Shown piece by piece: positions 53,650-63,816 of a stretch of DNA of 64,000 nt; position 1 is the stretch's first letter, and each line of letters starts with the position of its first letter. Under the pieces are notes generated by a model. That model saw only the letters and a list, made by a program, of their open reading frames with translations. It was not told the DNA's origin and did not search any database. A program made the position numbers and the translations under genes. The stretch lies in contig OZ244065.1 of the NCBI GenBank assembly GCA_965215505.1, positions 2,272,001-2,336,000 of the forward strand, read 5' to 3'. Origin of the DNA: Capsulimonadaceae bacterium. GTDB taxonomy: Bacteria > Armatimonadota > Armatimonadia > Armatimonadales > Capsulimonadaceae.

Positions 53650-54668
53650 ACATCATGCGTACCCAGCGACCACTCCTCCAGCGACCGTACCTCTGGGGCG
53701 TCCTCCTTCTGGCCATCCCCGTCCTGGTGACGGGCCGGACCGGGGGGACGCTGCGTGCCGCCCCCGCGCCCGCCCCCAAGCCGCCCGGCGACATCGGTGT
53801 ACAGGCCGGGCTGACAAAGTACCTCGCCGACCCGCGTATGACTGCACTGAGCGAGGGCATCCAGTTCACGCAGGACGACGCGGTCATGAAGACCGATCAC
53901 GCCACCGCCCTCCACGACAAGGACGGGAGCCTCCTGAGTGCCGACGCGCCCGGCCCGGTCCACCTATACGATCCACAGGATGACCTGACGGGGCAGCACG
54001 GGACGATAGACTTCACCAGCCACCTTGCGAAGCTGTCCGGAGACGTGATCCTGCGCGTCACGCCCGGCAAGCGTGAGGCGGAGGCCCCCGACGGATCCCC
54101 GCGCCGCCAGTTCAAGGACCCGGCCACGGTGACCTGCGCCCTGATGACCTACGACTACAGGCGCAAGGTCGGCAAGATCCCCGGCCCGCTCACGGTCCGC
54201 CAGATTATCCAGCGCCCGGAAGGGGCGCTGACCCGCACCCTGACCGCCGACACCGGCCTCTACAGCGGGCGGGCGCAGACCATCCTGCTGGCCGGCACGG
54301 TTAAAGGGGAGGACAGCGACGGTAACGTCATCAACGCGGACACCCGCGCCAGCGGCAAGCCCATCGTCATCGGCATCAAGGAAGGGTCCGAGTACCTCAG
54401 CGTCCCGTTCAAAACCAACGGCCGGTTCAAAGTGAAGCCGCAGGCGGATGACGGCAAGGAGGGCGGGGACGGCCTGGATGAAGTGCCGCCCGTCCCGCCC
54501 GCGCCCGTGTCGCCGTCGGGCAGCGTGCCCAATACCATCACGAACATCGCGCCGCCCGCCCCGGCATCCACACCGGCCACGCCGCCCGCGACAGTCACGC
54601 CTCCTGCATCGGCTCCGCCCGCCACAGGAACCGCGCCACCCGCCCCGGCGGGGACGGGCAAGCCGTGA
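53646..54668 (+). CDS. LptA/OstA-like exported protein with Pro/Ala/Thr tail
   Basis: Signal peptide and OstA-like strands (APGPVHL, AKLSGDVIL, LTADTGLY, ILLAGTV). Confidence 0.6.
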   Translation: MNIMRTQRPLLQRPYLWGVLLLAIPVLVTGRTGGTLRAAPAPAPKPPGDIGVQAGLTKYLADPRMTALSEGIQFTQDDAVMKTDHATALHDKDGSLLSADAPGPVHLYDPQDDLTGQHGTIDFTSHLAKLSGDVILRVTPGKREAEAPDGSPRRQFKDPATVTCALMTYDYRRKVGKIPGPLTVRQIIQRPEGALTRTLTADTGLYSGRAQTILLAGTVKGEDSDGNVINADTRASGKPIVIGIKEGSEYLSVPFKTNGRFKVKPQADDGKEGGDGLDEVPPVPPAPVSPSGSVPNTITNIAPPAPASTPATPPATVTPPASAPPATGTAPPAPAGTGKP

Positions 54669-55789
54669 GCGACATCCTGCACGGGATCGCCGCCCGGCCC
54701 GGCGTCGCCATCGCGGTCGCCGCCCGCCTGCATGACGACCTCGGCGTGCCCTCGCTCGCCCCCGAGCGGCTGCGGCGGCTCGGCGAGCGGCTGCGCTCCT
54801 ACGGCGTAGACAACCCCGAGCCGGAGCAGATCATCGTCGTCGCCGACCGCATCCCACCCGCCTTCTGGCTGGCCCCCCTGCCCGGCGTCCAGGTGGTCGG
54901 GCTAGCGGCAGCTAACACCGCGCCCCTTGCCCCGCCGCCCGATCTGCCCGTCGTGCTGGGGCTGGACGAGGCCGCCCTCGCCGCCATCGAGGAGGACGAC
55001 ATCCTGATTGTGGACGGCGACCGGGGCCGCGTCTATGTCGCCCCCGACGCCGCCACGGTGGCCCGCTACCAGGCCCCGTTCCTTTCCACGCGCCGCTTCT
55101 TCCTGGAAGGCTCACACCTGCCCGCCCGGACCGCCTCGGACAACCGCCTGATCTCGGTCCTGTGTTCCGCCCAAACTCTGGCCGAGGCGGAGGAGGCAAT
55201 GAAGTCCGGCGCGGACGGCCTGGTCGTCCCCGAAGGCAACGACTTCCTGGGGTCCGAGTCCCTGCCTCAGACGGCGGGCGAGCAGGCACAGATGCTGGGC
55301 GACCTGGCCCGGATCATCGGTGGCCAGCCGCTCACCCTGGACATCCCGCCGGAGCGGCTGGCCCTGACCGCCCTGGCGCGCGGCGCGGCTCGCCTTCCCC
55401 TGCACCTGGTCCTGCGGGACTGGGACGAGCTGCCCGACCTTTTGGGGCGCATTGAGGAGATCGAGGCCGCTCTGGAGCAGGACGACGCCCTGTTCGGCCG
55501 GGTCAAGATCGAAGCCGGGCTGGACGCCTCGGATGACGGGGACGATCTGCCCGAGTCGCTGGACGGTTTTTCGGGCGTGTTCGTGGCGGGGAGCATCCTG
55601 GACGCCTCCTGGGAACTCCTGCTGCCCGCCGTCGGCCAGGCGCGGCACGCGGGCAAGCCGGTCACGGTCGCCCTGGACGGCGACTGGTGGCCGCAGGTCT
55701 TGGGCGACGCCGTGGGCATGGGCTTCAGCCGGCTCATCGTCCCCGCCGCCGCCGTCGCGGACGTCAAGGACGCCGTGCGCGAGCTTTGA
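54665..55789 (+). CDS. degenerate PTS Enzyme I-like protein (PEP-utiliser swivel domain, phospho-His motif absent)
   Basis: LHGIAARPGVAIA, IIVVAD-x-x-P, LPVVLGL, ILIVDGDRGRVYVAPD, PART-x-x-D, GADGL and VKDAVREL are colinear with PtsI. No TSH motif. Confidence 0.7.
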   Translation: MSDILHGIAARPGVAIAVAARLHDDLGVPSLAPERLRRLGERLRSYGVDNPEPEQIIVVADRIPPAFWLAPLPGVQVVGLAAANTAPLAPPPDLPVVLGLDEAALAAIEEDDILIVDGDRGRVYVAPDAATVARYQAPFLSTRRFFLEGSHLPARTASDNRLISVLCSAQTLAEAEEAMKSGADGLVVPEGNDFLGSESLPQTAGEQAQMLGDLARIIGGQPLTLDIPPERLALTALARGAARLPLHLVLRDWDELPDLLGRIEEIEAALEQDDALFGRVKIEAGLDASDDGDDLPESLDGFSGVFVAGSILDASWELLLPAVGQARHAGKPVTVALDGDWWPQVLGDAVGMGFSRLIVPAAAVADVKDAVREL

Positions 55790-55793
55790 CGTG

Positions 55794-56594
55794 ATGACCA
55801 CCCCCCTCGCCGTCACCACCGCCATCAATCCGGGCATCGCTGTTGAGGCGCAGGCCCAGAGCATCGCCGCCGAACTCGGGGCACCCTTCGTCCCGCGCCT
55901 CGCCCGCCCCCTGCCCCAGATATTCGAAGCCGCCCAGGCCACGCGCCTGCTGATCGCCGGGGCGGACCACCTGCGCCTGCGGGACGGGGCGACCGGGACG
56001 GAATACTACTTCCACCCGAATCTATTCCTAATTCGCGGCTCGAACGTCTTGCGCGGCGTGCCGGACCATTTCCTGGAGGCCACGAGCCTCGGCCCCGGCG
56101 ATTTGCTTCTGGACTGCACCCTGGGCTTCGCGTCCGAGGCCGCCCTGGCTTCCCTGGTCGTCGGGGAACGCGGGTCGGTCGTCGGCTTGGAGAGCGTCCC
56201 CGAACTCGCCGCCGTCGCCCGCGCGGGTGTCCGGGACTTCCCCATGACGAGCGCCATGCTGGGAGCCGCCCTGCGCCGCGTCCGGGTCGTCACCGCCGAC
56301 AACGGCGCGTACCTGCGCGGCTGCGCGGCGCGTTCGTTCGACGTGGTCTATTTCGACCCGTTCTTTGACAAGCGGCTGACCGGCTCCGAGGCTTCGGTCA
56401 GCCCGCTCTTCGTCTTCGGCAACCCCGCCCCGCTCGACCCCGACGCCGTCCGGGAGGCCTGCCGCGTCACCCGCCGCCGCGTCGTCATCAAGCACCCGCG
56501 CCACGAGCCGCTGCCCGCTGGGGTGTCGGCGCGGGTCACCGAGACAGTCGGCAGCCGCAAGAGCCGCCTGGTGTACGCGGTGATCAGGGTGTGA
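55794..56594 (+). CDS. class I SAM-dependent methyltransferase (RsmJ-like)
   Basis: YYFHPN, LLDCTLGFASEA, GLES, FDVVYFDPFF and RRRVVIK motifs. Confidence 0.85.
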   Translation: MTTPLAVTTAINPGIAVEAQAQSIAAELGAPFVPRLARPLPQIFEAAQATRLLIAGADHLRLRDGATGTEYYFHPNLFLIRGSNVLRGVPDHFLEATSLGPGDLLLDCTLGFASEAALASLVVGERGSVVGLESVPELAAVARAGVRDFPMTSAMLGAALRRVRVVTADNGAYLRGCAARSFDVVYFDPFFDKRLTGSEASVSPLFVFGNPAPLDPDAVREACRVTRRRVVIKHPRHEPLPAGVSARVTETVGSRKSRLVYAVIRV

Positions 56595-56668
56595 TGAACC
56601 CACTTCCCCCGCATTTTAGGGTACAATTGTCGGGAACATTCATCGCCACAGAGTAAGGTTTAGGACTA

Positions 56669-59653
56669 ATGAGCGATTTAGACGAATTTTATGGACCCAA
56701 TGCCGGGTATGTACTCGACCTCTACGACCGCTACCAGCAGGACCCCAGCACGGTAGACCCCGCCACCCGCGCTGCCTTCCAGGACTGGACCCCACACGCC
56801 GAGACGCCTCACCGCAATGGGTCTGGCAACGGGTCCGTAAACGGCTCCATGAATGGGAGTGCGGCGAATGGGGCGGCGGCGAAGTCCAGCCCGACCGACT
56901 TCGCGGCCTGCCCGCTCCCGTCCGCGCCCCCAGCGCCGCCGCAGGTGGACGTGATGAAGATCGTCGGCGCGGCCCGCGTCACCCGGATGGTGCGCGAGCT
57001 TGGGCACCTGACCGCCCACGTTGACCCGCTCGGCAGCGAGCCGCCCGGCGACCCCGGCCTGGAACTCGCGACGCACGGCCTGACCACCGAGGACCTGGCC
57101 GCCCTCCCGGCCAGCGTTGTCGGCGGGCCGCTGGCCCAGGACGCCGCCAACGCCCTGGAAGCCCTGGGCCGTCTGCGGAAAGCTTATTCCGGCCCCATCG
57201 GCTACGAGGACAACCACCTCCAGACACCCGAGGAGCGCGAGTGGATGCGCGATGCGGCGGAAAGCCGGAGGTTCTTCAAGAGCATCGGCACGGCGGACAG
57301 GCGCAACATACTGAAGCGTCTGACCGAGGTCGAGTCGCTGGAGAAGTTCCTGCACACGACCTTCGTCGGGGCCAAGCGATTCTCCATCGAGGGCGTTGAC
57401 ATCCTCGTGCCGATGCTCGACCAGATCATCCACGAGGCCGCCCTGAGCCACACCCACGAGGTCGTCATGGGCATGGCCCACCGGGGGCGGCTGAACGTCC
57501 TGGCGCACGTCCTGGGCAAGCCCTACACAGACATCCTCCAGGAGTTCAAGTCCTCCAAGCAGGACGAGAGCGCCTCGGTCGCGGGCGGCTCCCAGCAGGG
57601 CTACTCGGGCGACGTCATCTACCATGGCGGCGCGCGGCGCGACTTCAGCGACAACGGCATCGAGGAGATGCCGATCACGCTCACCCCAAACCCCAGCCAC
57701 CTGGAGTTCGTGGACCCGGTCGTCGAGGGACGGGCGCGCGCCGCCCAGGAGGAGCGCAAGAAGCCGGGGCCGCCGGAGCAGAACCCGCAGGCCTCGCTCG
57801 CCATCCTGATCCACGGCGACGCCGCCTTCCCCGGCCAGGGCATCGTCCCCGAGACTCTGAACCTGTCCAGCCTGCCCGGCTACTCGGTCGGCGGGACGGT
57901 CCACATCATCACTAACAACCAGATCGGGTTCACCACGGCCCCGCGCGACTCGCGCTCGACCTTGTACGCCTCGGACCTCGCCAAAGGGTTTGAGATCCCC
58001 ATCGTCCATGTCAACGCCGATGACGCCGAGGCGTGCATCGCCGCCGCCCGCATGGCCTTCGCCTATCGGGAGAAGTTCGGCAAGGACTTCCTGATCGACC
58101 TGGTCGGCTACCGCCGCTGGGGCCACAACGAGGGCGAAGAGCCGGCCTACACCCAGCCGCGCATGTATGAGATGATCAAGGCGCACCCGACTATCCGCGA
58201 GTCCTACGCCAAGCAGCTGGAAAAGCAGGACGTCGTGACGCGCGACGAGGCGCAGGAGATGGTCGCGGCCGTCATGCAGCGCTTGTCGGAGGCCCGGACC
58301 AAGCCGACCGGCAAGGGTCTGGGCAAGGGGTCGGCGCTGCCCGAGGGCTTCACCGAACTCGCAAAAAACGTCAAAACGAACGTCCCCGCCGAACGGCTGC
58401 GGGCGCTCAATGAGGCGCTCCTGGTCCGCCCGGAGGGTTTCACGCCCAATGCCAAGCTGGAACGGCTGACCTTCCAAGCGCGCCGCGCGGCGATGGAAAG
58501 CGGGGAGGGCATCCGCTGGGCGCACGCCGAGACGCTGGCGTTCGCGTCCATCCTCGCCGACGGCACCCCCATCCGGCTGTCGGGGCAGGACTCACAGGCG
58601 GGCACTTTCAGCCAGCGCCACTCGGTCCTGCATGACCCGATGACGGGCGAAACCTACTGCCCGCTCCAGGCACTTCCCGAGGCGAAAGCTTCCTTCGCCG
58701 TCGTCAACAGCCCGCTGTCCGAGAACGCCGTGCTGGGCTTCGAGTACGGCTACTCGATGCACGCGACCGGCTGCCTCGTCCTGTGGGAAGCCCAGTTCGG
58801 CGACTTCGCCAACGGCGCACAGGTGATCGTCGACCAGTTCATCTCTTCCGGGAACGCCAAGTGGCAGCAGACCCCCTCGCTGGTCCTGCTCCTGCCGCAC
58901 GGCTATGAGGGCCAGGGGCCGGAGCATTCCAGCGCCCGCCTGGAGCGGTACTTGCAGCTCGCCGCCAACGACAACATGCGGGTCGCCTATCCCACGACGG
59001 CCGCCCAGTATTTCCACATCCTGCGCCGCCAGGCCGGCCTGCTCTGGGACGCCCCGCGCCCGCTCGTGCTGATGACGCCCAAGGGCTTGCTCAAAGTGGA
59101 CACCCCCCCGGTCGCCTCCACGCTCCAGGACCTAACCGAAGGCGCGTTCCAGCCCATGCTGGACGACCCGCGCCCGCGCGAGCGGGCGGAGGGCGTGACC
59201 CGGCTGGTGCTGTGCAGCGGCAAGGTCTATGTGGACCTGACCGCCAACAAGGATAAGGATAAGGACATCCGCGAGAGGTATGAGGCAGCACAGAACGTCG
59301 CCGTCGCGCGTATCGAAGAACTCTACCCCTTCCCCTACGCCGAGTTGGAGAAGATCATGCAGGGCTACCCGAACCTGCGCGAAGTGGTCTGGCTCCAGGA
59401 AGAGCCGCGCAACACCGGCGCCTGGGTCTTCGTCTCGTCCCGCATCCGCAGCCTGCTGCCGCCCGGCATGGAGCTGACCTATATCGGCCGCCCGAAGGCG
59501 GCAAGCCCCTCCGAGGGGTCCAAGCGCCGCCACGATGTCGAGCAGGGCCGCCTGCTGTCCGCCGTGTTCAGCGAGCTGCCCAAGCCGGGCCGGAACGGCG
59601 TCAAAACGAACGGCGCGAAAACGAAAAGGAGCGTCCCTGTCCATGCCAGTTGA
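56669..59653 (+). CDS. sucA: 2-oxoglutarate dehydrogenase E1
   Basis: [32 protein letters not shown]-x-[17 protein letters not shown] and [16 protein letters not shown] motifs. Confidence 0.98.
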   Translation: MSDLDEFYGPNAGYVLDLYDRYQQDPSTVDPATRAAFQDWTPHAETPHRNGSGNGSVNGSMNGSAANGAAAKSSPTDFAACPLPSAPPAPPQVDVMKIVGAARVTRMVRELGHLTAHVDPLGSEPPGDPGLELATHGLTTEDLAALPASVVGGPLAQDAANALEALGRLRKAYSGPIGYEDNHLQTPEEREWMRDAAESRRFFKSIGTADRRNILKRLTEVESLEKFLHTTFVGAKRFSIEGVDILVPMLDQIIHEAALSHTHEVVMGMAHRGRLNVLAHVLGKPYTDILQEFKSSKQDESASVAGGSQQGYSGDVIYHGGARRDFSDNGIEEMPITLTPNPSHLEFVDPVVEGRARAAQEERKKPGPPEQNPQASLAILIHGDAAFPGQGIVPETLNLSSLPGYSVGGTVHIITNNQIGFTTAPRDSRSTLYASDLAKGFEIPIVHVNADDAEACIAAARMAFAYREKFGKDFLIDLVGYRRWGHNEGEEPAYTQPRMYEMIKAHPTIRESYAKQLEKQDVVTRDEAQEMVAAVMQRLSEARTKPTGKGLGKGSALPEGFTELAKNVKTNVPAERLRALNEALLVRPEGFTPNAKLERLTFQARRAAMESGEGIRWAHAETLAFASILADGTPIRLSGQDSQAGTFSQRHSVLHDPMTGETYCPLQALPEAKASFAVVNSPLSENAVLGFEYGYSMHATGCLVLWEAQFGDFANGAQVIVDQFISSGNAKWQQTPSLVLLLPHGYEGQGPEHSSARLERYLQLAANDNMRVAYPTTAAQYFHILRRQAGLLWDAPRPLVLMTPKGLLKVDTPPVASTLQDLTEGAFQPMLDDPRPRERAEGVTRLVLCSGKVYVDLTANKDKDKDIRERYEAAQNVAVARIEELYPFPYAELEKIMQGYPNLREVVWLQEEPRNTGAWVFVSSRIRSLLPPGMELTYIGRPKAASPSEGSKRRHDVEQGRLLSAVFSELPKPGRNGVKTNGAKTKRSVPVHAS

Positions 59654-60875
59654 AATCCGAGTCCCGCAGATGGGCGAGTCCGTCACCGAAGCCACCATCC
59701 TCCGCTGGCTCAAAAAGGAAGGCGAGACGGTCGCCGCCGGTGACCCCGTCGCCGAACTCGAAACCGACAAGGTGAACGTCGAAGTGCCCGCCGACTCGGC
59801 GGGCGTCATCCAGTCGTTCGCCCACGCCGAGGGCGACACGGTCGCCGTCGGCGACGTGCTCGCCATCGTCGGCGAGGCCGTCCGCAACGGGACCACTCCC
59901 GTTCCGCCCCCTCCCCCGCAGCCCCCAGATCCCGATCCGATAGCCACACCGCTCGCCCGGAAAATAGCCCAGGAGAACGGTGTAGACTTGAAGATGGTGA
60001 CGGGAACCGGCGAGGGGGGCAAGGTCACCCACATCGACGTCGAAAACTACATCAAGCAGAACACCGGCGGAACGACGACCGGGACGGGCACGGGAACGAC
60101 GACCGGGACGGGCACGGGAACGACGACCGGGACGGGCACGGGAACGACGACACAAGAACCCCCACCCACCCCCACCCGTCCCGAAGAGCGCGTCCGCATG
60201 ACGCGCCGCCGCCAGACGATCGCGACGCGGCTGGTCGAGGCCCAGCACACGGCGGCCATGCTGACCACCTTCAACGAGCTGGACATGACCGCCGTCATGG
60301 CGATCCGCGCCAAGCGAAAGGACACTTTCAAGGAGAAGAACGGCATCGGCCTGGGCTTCATGTCCTTCTTCACCAAGGCCAGCATCGGTGCGTTGAAGGC
60401 ATTCCCCCTGCTGAACGCCGAAATCCAGGGCCAGGAGATCGTCAAGAAGGGCTACTACGACATCGGCATCGCCGTCGGAGCCGAGGAAGGCCTGGTCGTC
60501 CCGGTCGTCCGCAACGCCGACAAGCTGACTTTCGCCGGCATCGAGAAGGAGATAGCGGGGCTTGCGGGCCGGGCCAAGAACAACACCCTGACCATCGAGG
60601 AGATGCGCGGCGGCACGTTCACCATCACGAACGGCGGCGTCTTCGGGTCGCTGATGTCCACGCCCATCCTGAACGCCCCCCAGGTCGCCATTCTGGGCCT
60701 GCACAAGATCGAGCCGCGCCCCATCGCTCTGAACGGCGAGGTCGTCATCCGCCCGATGATGTACGTCGCGCTGTCCTACGACCACCGCATCGTGGATGGC
60801 AGCGAGGCCGTCCGCTTCCTGGTCCGCATCAAAGAGCTGATCGAAGACCCCGAGGCGCTGCTGCTGGAAGGGTAG
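59643..60875 (+). CDS. sucB: dihydrolipoyllysine succinyltransferase E2
   Basis: GESVTEA, ETDKV lipoyl site, [19 protein letters not shown] and [10 protein letters not shown] motifs. Confidence 0.97.
   Translation: MPVEIRVPQMGESVTEATILRWLKKEGETVAAGDPVAELETDKVNVEVPADSAGVIQSFAHAEGDTVAVGDVLAIVGEAVRNGTTPVPPPPPQPPDPDPIATPLARKIAQENGVDLKMVTGTGEGGKVTHIDVENYIKQNTGGTTTGTGTGTTTGTGTGTTTGTGTGTTTQEPPPTPTRPEERVRMTRRRQTIATRLVEAQHTAAMLTTFNELDMTAVMAIRAKRKDTFKEKNGIGLGFMSFFTKASIGALKAFPLLNAEIQGQEIVKKGYYDIGIAVGAEEGLVVPVVRNADKLTFAGIEKEIAGLAGRAKNNTLTIEEMRGGTFTITNGGVFGSLMSTPILNAPQVAILGLHKIEPRPIALNGEVVIRPMMYVALSYDHRIVDGSEAVRFLVRIKELIEDPEALLLEG
60069..60151 (+). repeat. perfect 24-bp tandem repeat (~3.5 copies) in the sucB linker, encoding GTTTGTGT
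   Basis: GGAACGACGACCGGGACGGGCACG at 60069, 60093 and 60117, plus a partial copy at 60141. Confidence 0.92.
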
Positions 60876-60888
60876 TCCTAGACGTAGG

Positions 60889-60923
60889 AGAGCCGCCCCG
60901 GCCTATGGCCGGAGCGGCTTTCT
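60889..60923 (+). terminator. hairpin terminator after sucB
   Basis: AGAGCCGCCCCGGCC-TAT-GGCCGGAGCGGCTTT followed by CT. Confidence 0.65.
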
Positions 60924-60994
60924 GGTGTCCGTCAATGTGGCACGTTCAGGAGGGACCGGAAGCCATCGGGACGGCGAGACACACGGCGATGCCG

Positions 60995-61117
60995 AGCCGA
61001 GTGGTTAAAAACCACTCGCTCGGAGAAGCGTCCTGCGGACGGGCAAAGGCGGTGCGCGGGTCCAGTCTTGTGTCCGAAGGACACCTGGCCTAGCGAGTGG
61101 TTTTCAACCACTGGGCT
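60995..61117. repeat. REPIN-like inverted pair of palindromes
   Basis: GCCGAGTGGTTAAAAACCACTCGCT (~60996-61020) and inverted AGCGAGTGGTTTTCAACCACTGGGC (~61092-61116), with internal GTGTCCGAAGGACAC hairpin. Confidence 0.75.
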
Positions 61118-61140
61118 TCTCCACCAGAAACCGTATCACC

Positions 61141-63792
61141 TCAGCCCGGTATGTCGAAATCGGTGTGGTCCTTCGTCGGGCTATCCTTCGTCTTGACCGG
61201 CTTGCCCTTCTTGTCTAACTGCACCGGCGGCGGCAGGAACTCGATGGCGGGAAGCTGGGTGCCGCTGGGGTGGAAGGGGACGCGGCTGAGGCAGAAGGCG
61301 TCAATCGCCAGGGCATAGCGGTTGTCGCGGGCGCGCGTTCCGGTGACGGTGATCGTCAGGGTGTGCTTGCCTCGGGCGAGGGTGGCGTCTCCGAAGTGGC
61401 TCCAGAGGAACCGCCCGGCGTACACGCCGCCTTCGGTCGGCACGTCCTCGGCCTGGTTCGCGCCGCCGTCGTCCACGGTGTAGGTGAACGGGGAGGAGTC
61501 GCGGGCGGGGCTTGCGGCCATCCACAGGGCGTAGGAGCCGCCGGCGTTGACGGAGAAGTCGTAGACGGCCCGGTAGCCGCCCCCGGCGTCGCCCGTGGAT
61601 GACGGCGGCAGGCGGTCGGTGTCCAGGGACAGGTAGGAGCCGCCCGAGGCTTCCGAGTCGGAGACGAGCGCGTCGAAGGTATGCGAGGACGCGCCCTCGG
61701 CTTCGAGCCAGACGAACGGCTGCAAGTCGCGCGTCATGTCGGCGACCAGCTTGGCGTAGGCGTTATAGCGCAGGTCCGCGTCCTGCGCTTTGACGGGGAT
61801 GGTGTTCCGCACCTGGAACAGCCGGTCCGCATACAGCTCGGTGGGCAGGCCCTGGTCCTTCGCCAGCGTGAGCAGGCGCGTCGCTTCCTTGTCCGCAGCG
61901 TCGGCGGCGTCCTCGGGCAGCGGCACGATCGCCACATGGCTGAAGACGATGGGGTCCGCGCCCACGGCGACCGTCCACTCGCCCTTCTTCTTGTCTATCT
62001 TCACCGGCATGCCGGCGGCGTCGGTGATGGCGGCGTTGGCGTCTTTGGCAAACGGGAACTTGGCCTGGGTCAGCGCGCCGTGGGGAGACCAGACGACGAA
62101 GCGCGGCAGCCGCCCGTCCGGGTCGGAGAGCTTGTAGGCCCGCAGGAGCGGGCCGAGCGAGAGCGAGTCGCCCGCCGAGAACAAGGCCCCCGCGCGGTAG
62201 GAGGGCAGCCACCAGACGCCGTCGGCCAGACGGCGCAGGCCGACCTGGAGGCCCGGCACCCCGGCGGGGTATGGCAGGACGCGCATCGGCTGCGCCAGCT
62301 CCGGGGCCTGGAACGAGAGCGAGGCCCCGTAATCGGCCAGCCGCCGCGCCGATTCGGGCGTGGCGGCGGGGGCGAAGAAGCCGCGCACCCCCGCCCCCTT
62401 CAAAGCGTCCCAGTCGGCATTCGCCGTCGCCGAGAGTGTTCCGCCAGGCTGGGCGGCGATGAGCCAGGTCGTCTTGGGCGTCTCCTCCGCCTGCGCGAAG
62501 GCATACGCGCCCGTGGCGACGTCGGCAACGCACAGCCCGTCGAAGCCGCCGCGCGCCTGCGGGTTGGTGAACAGGGCGCTGCGCCCACCCCAGCCGTAGA
62601 CGACCGGGGCGTCGGCGACGCCCTTCTTCAGAACGCCCGCCAGGGCGTTCATGTAGCCGCGCACGGACTCGAGCCGGAACTGCTGCATGTCGTCCCAGAC
62701 GTGGCCGCCGAGCGGGCGGTTGAGGACCTGGTACGGGACCTTCTTGATGGGGTCATAGATGTAGGGCGCACCCTTGCCCCCCGACCAGAGCGGCAGGGAG
62801 CGGGCGGCGACGGCGAAGTCGGGTAGGTCGTTGTTCTTGATGCCCCAGCTCCGGTACAGGTCATCCAGGTTATGGTTGTACTTCTTGGTCAGCCACGCCT
62901 CGAAGTCCAGCCGGTAGCCGTCGGTGGTCGGCACGACGTTCTCCACCTCGCCGTCGAACCCGATCCCGTCGCTGATCGGGTCCAGGAAGAACCGGAATCC
63001 CGGTCCCAGGTGGACGCGGCTAAAGAAGCCGAGCAGGCGGTCGCGGTACTCGTCGTAACCCTGCCACAAGTCCGGCAGGCGGCTCTCGGGCGTCCCCGGC
63101 AGGTACAGCCGCTGCGGATAGAGCAGCAGGACATCGCCCGAAGTCGGGTTATTGAGCGTCACCTGGGCCGTCTCGCCGCCCACGACCTGGGCCGTGCCGC
63201 TGTCTTCGATATCGCCGTCCTTGGGCGTCACCAGCACATAGAAGGCGTCGGCGAGGCTTGGGATGTGGCGGAACCGGGTCGGCCCCGTGGGGGCGGGCGA
63301 GGCGCTGCGGTAGACGGCGGGCTTGACGACGTACCCGATCAAGGGGTCTTTAGGAAAGTCCGCGATCCTCAGCCCGTAGTGGAAGCCGTTCGCGTCCAGA
63401 TAGTCCAGGACGCGCTGCGCCGCCGCCGGAGGCACATGCGTCAGCCCCTTCGCCCCCGCCGACAGCACCAGGTCATGCACGCCGCCCTTGCCCAACGCAT
63501 CCAGGGCCGCTTTGTCCTTCGCCCAATCGTCCTCCCCGCCCGCCCCCGTCCAGGATTGCGGCACAAAGACCGCCCCGGCGGGCAGGTAAGGCGCCCCCTC
63601 CCAGTTCAGCCCGTGCCCCTGCCCGATGCTCCACGCATGGCTGCCTCCGCGGGCGTCCTGGAACGTCCCGCTCGACTCGGGCTTCAGCAGGATCGGCGGC
63701 GGGGCCGGCGGCAGCAGGGGGGCGGCGTTGGCCGCACGCGCGGGGTGCGGCAGGAGCGCCAGGGTGAGGAGCAGGAGGGGCAGGTGTTTCAT
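61141..63792 (-). CDS. large exported protein, glycoside-hydrolase-like core with C-terminal CBM-like domain
   Basis: Signal peptide. FEAWLTKKY-x-x-NLDDLYRSWG resembles a GH42 segment, and WLEAEG...ASGGSYL...GSYALW...GKHTLTI resembles CBM6/35. Function unproven. Confidence 0.75.
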   Translation of the reverse strand: MKHLPLLLLTLALLPHPARAANAAPLLPPAPPPILLKPESSGTFQDARGGSHAWSIGQGHGLNWEGAPYLPAGAVFVPQSWTGAGGEDDWAKDKAALDALGKGGVHDLVLSAGAKGLTHVPPAAAQRVLDYLDANGFHYGLRIADFPKDPLIGYVVKPAVYRSASPAPTGPTRFRHIPSLADAFYVLVTPKDGDIEDSGTAQVVGGETAQVTLNNPTSGDVLLLYPQRLYLPGTPESRLPDLWQGYDEYRDRLLGFFSRVHLGPGFRFFLDPISDGIGFDGEVENVVPTTDGYRLDFEAWLTKKYNHNLDDLYRSWGIKNNDLPDFAVAARSLPLWSGGKGAPYIYDPIKKVPYQVLNRPLGGHVWDDMQQFRLESVRGYMNALAGVLKKGVADAPVVYGWGGRSALFTNPQARGGFDGLCVADVATGAYAFAQAEETPKTTWLIAAQPGGTLSATANADWDALKGAGVRGFFAPAATPESARRLADYGASLSFQAPELAQPMRVLPYPAGVPGLQVGLRRLADGVWWLPSYRAGALFSAGDSLSLGPLLRAYKLSDPDGRLPRFVVWSPHGALTQAKFPFAKDANAAITDAAGMPVKIDKKKGEWTVAVGADPIVFSHVAIVPLPEDAADAADKEATRLLTLAKDQGLPTELYADRLFQVRNTIPVKAQDADLRYNAYAKLVADMTRDLQPFVWLEAEGASSHTFDALVSDSEASGGSYLSLDTDRLPPSSTGDAGGGYRAVYDFSVNAGGSYALWMAASPARDSSPFTYTVDDGGANQAEDVPTEGGVYAGRFLWSHFGDATLARGKHTLTITVTGTRARDNRYALAIDAFCLSRVPFHPSGTQLPAIEFLPPPVQLDKKGKPVKTKDSPTKDHTDFDIPG

Positions 63793-63816
63793 GGGATTTA
63801 CAGCGTTTTTCGACGA

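Noticed and set aside
56815-56870. NGS-x repeats in the SucA N-terminal region
   Set aside because: A short low-complexity stretch in a linker known to be variable, with no evidence of a separate function.
56669-60875. sucAB without an adjacent lpdA
   Set aside because: E3 is commonly shared and encoded elsewhere, so this is not unusual.
60876-61140. tRNA or other known ncRNA in the sucB downstream gap
   Set aside because: No cloverleaf or T-loop (GTTCGA) signature. The structure is explained by a terminator plus an inverted repeat pair.
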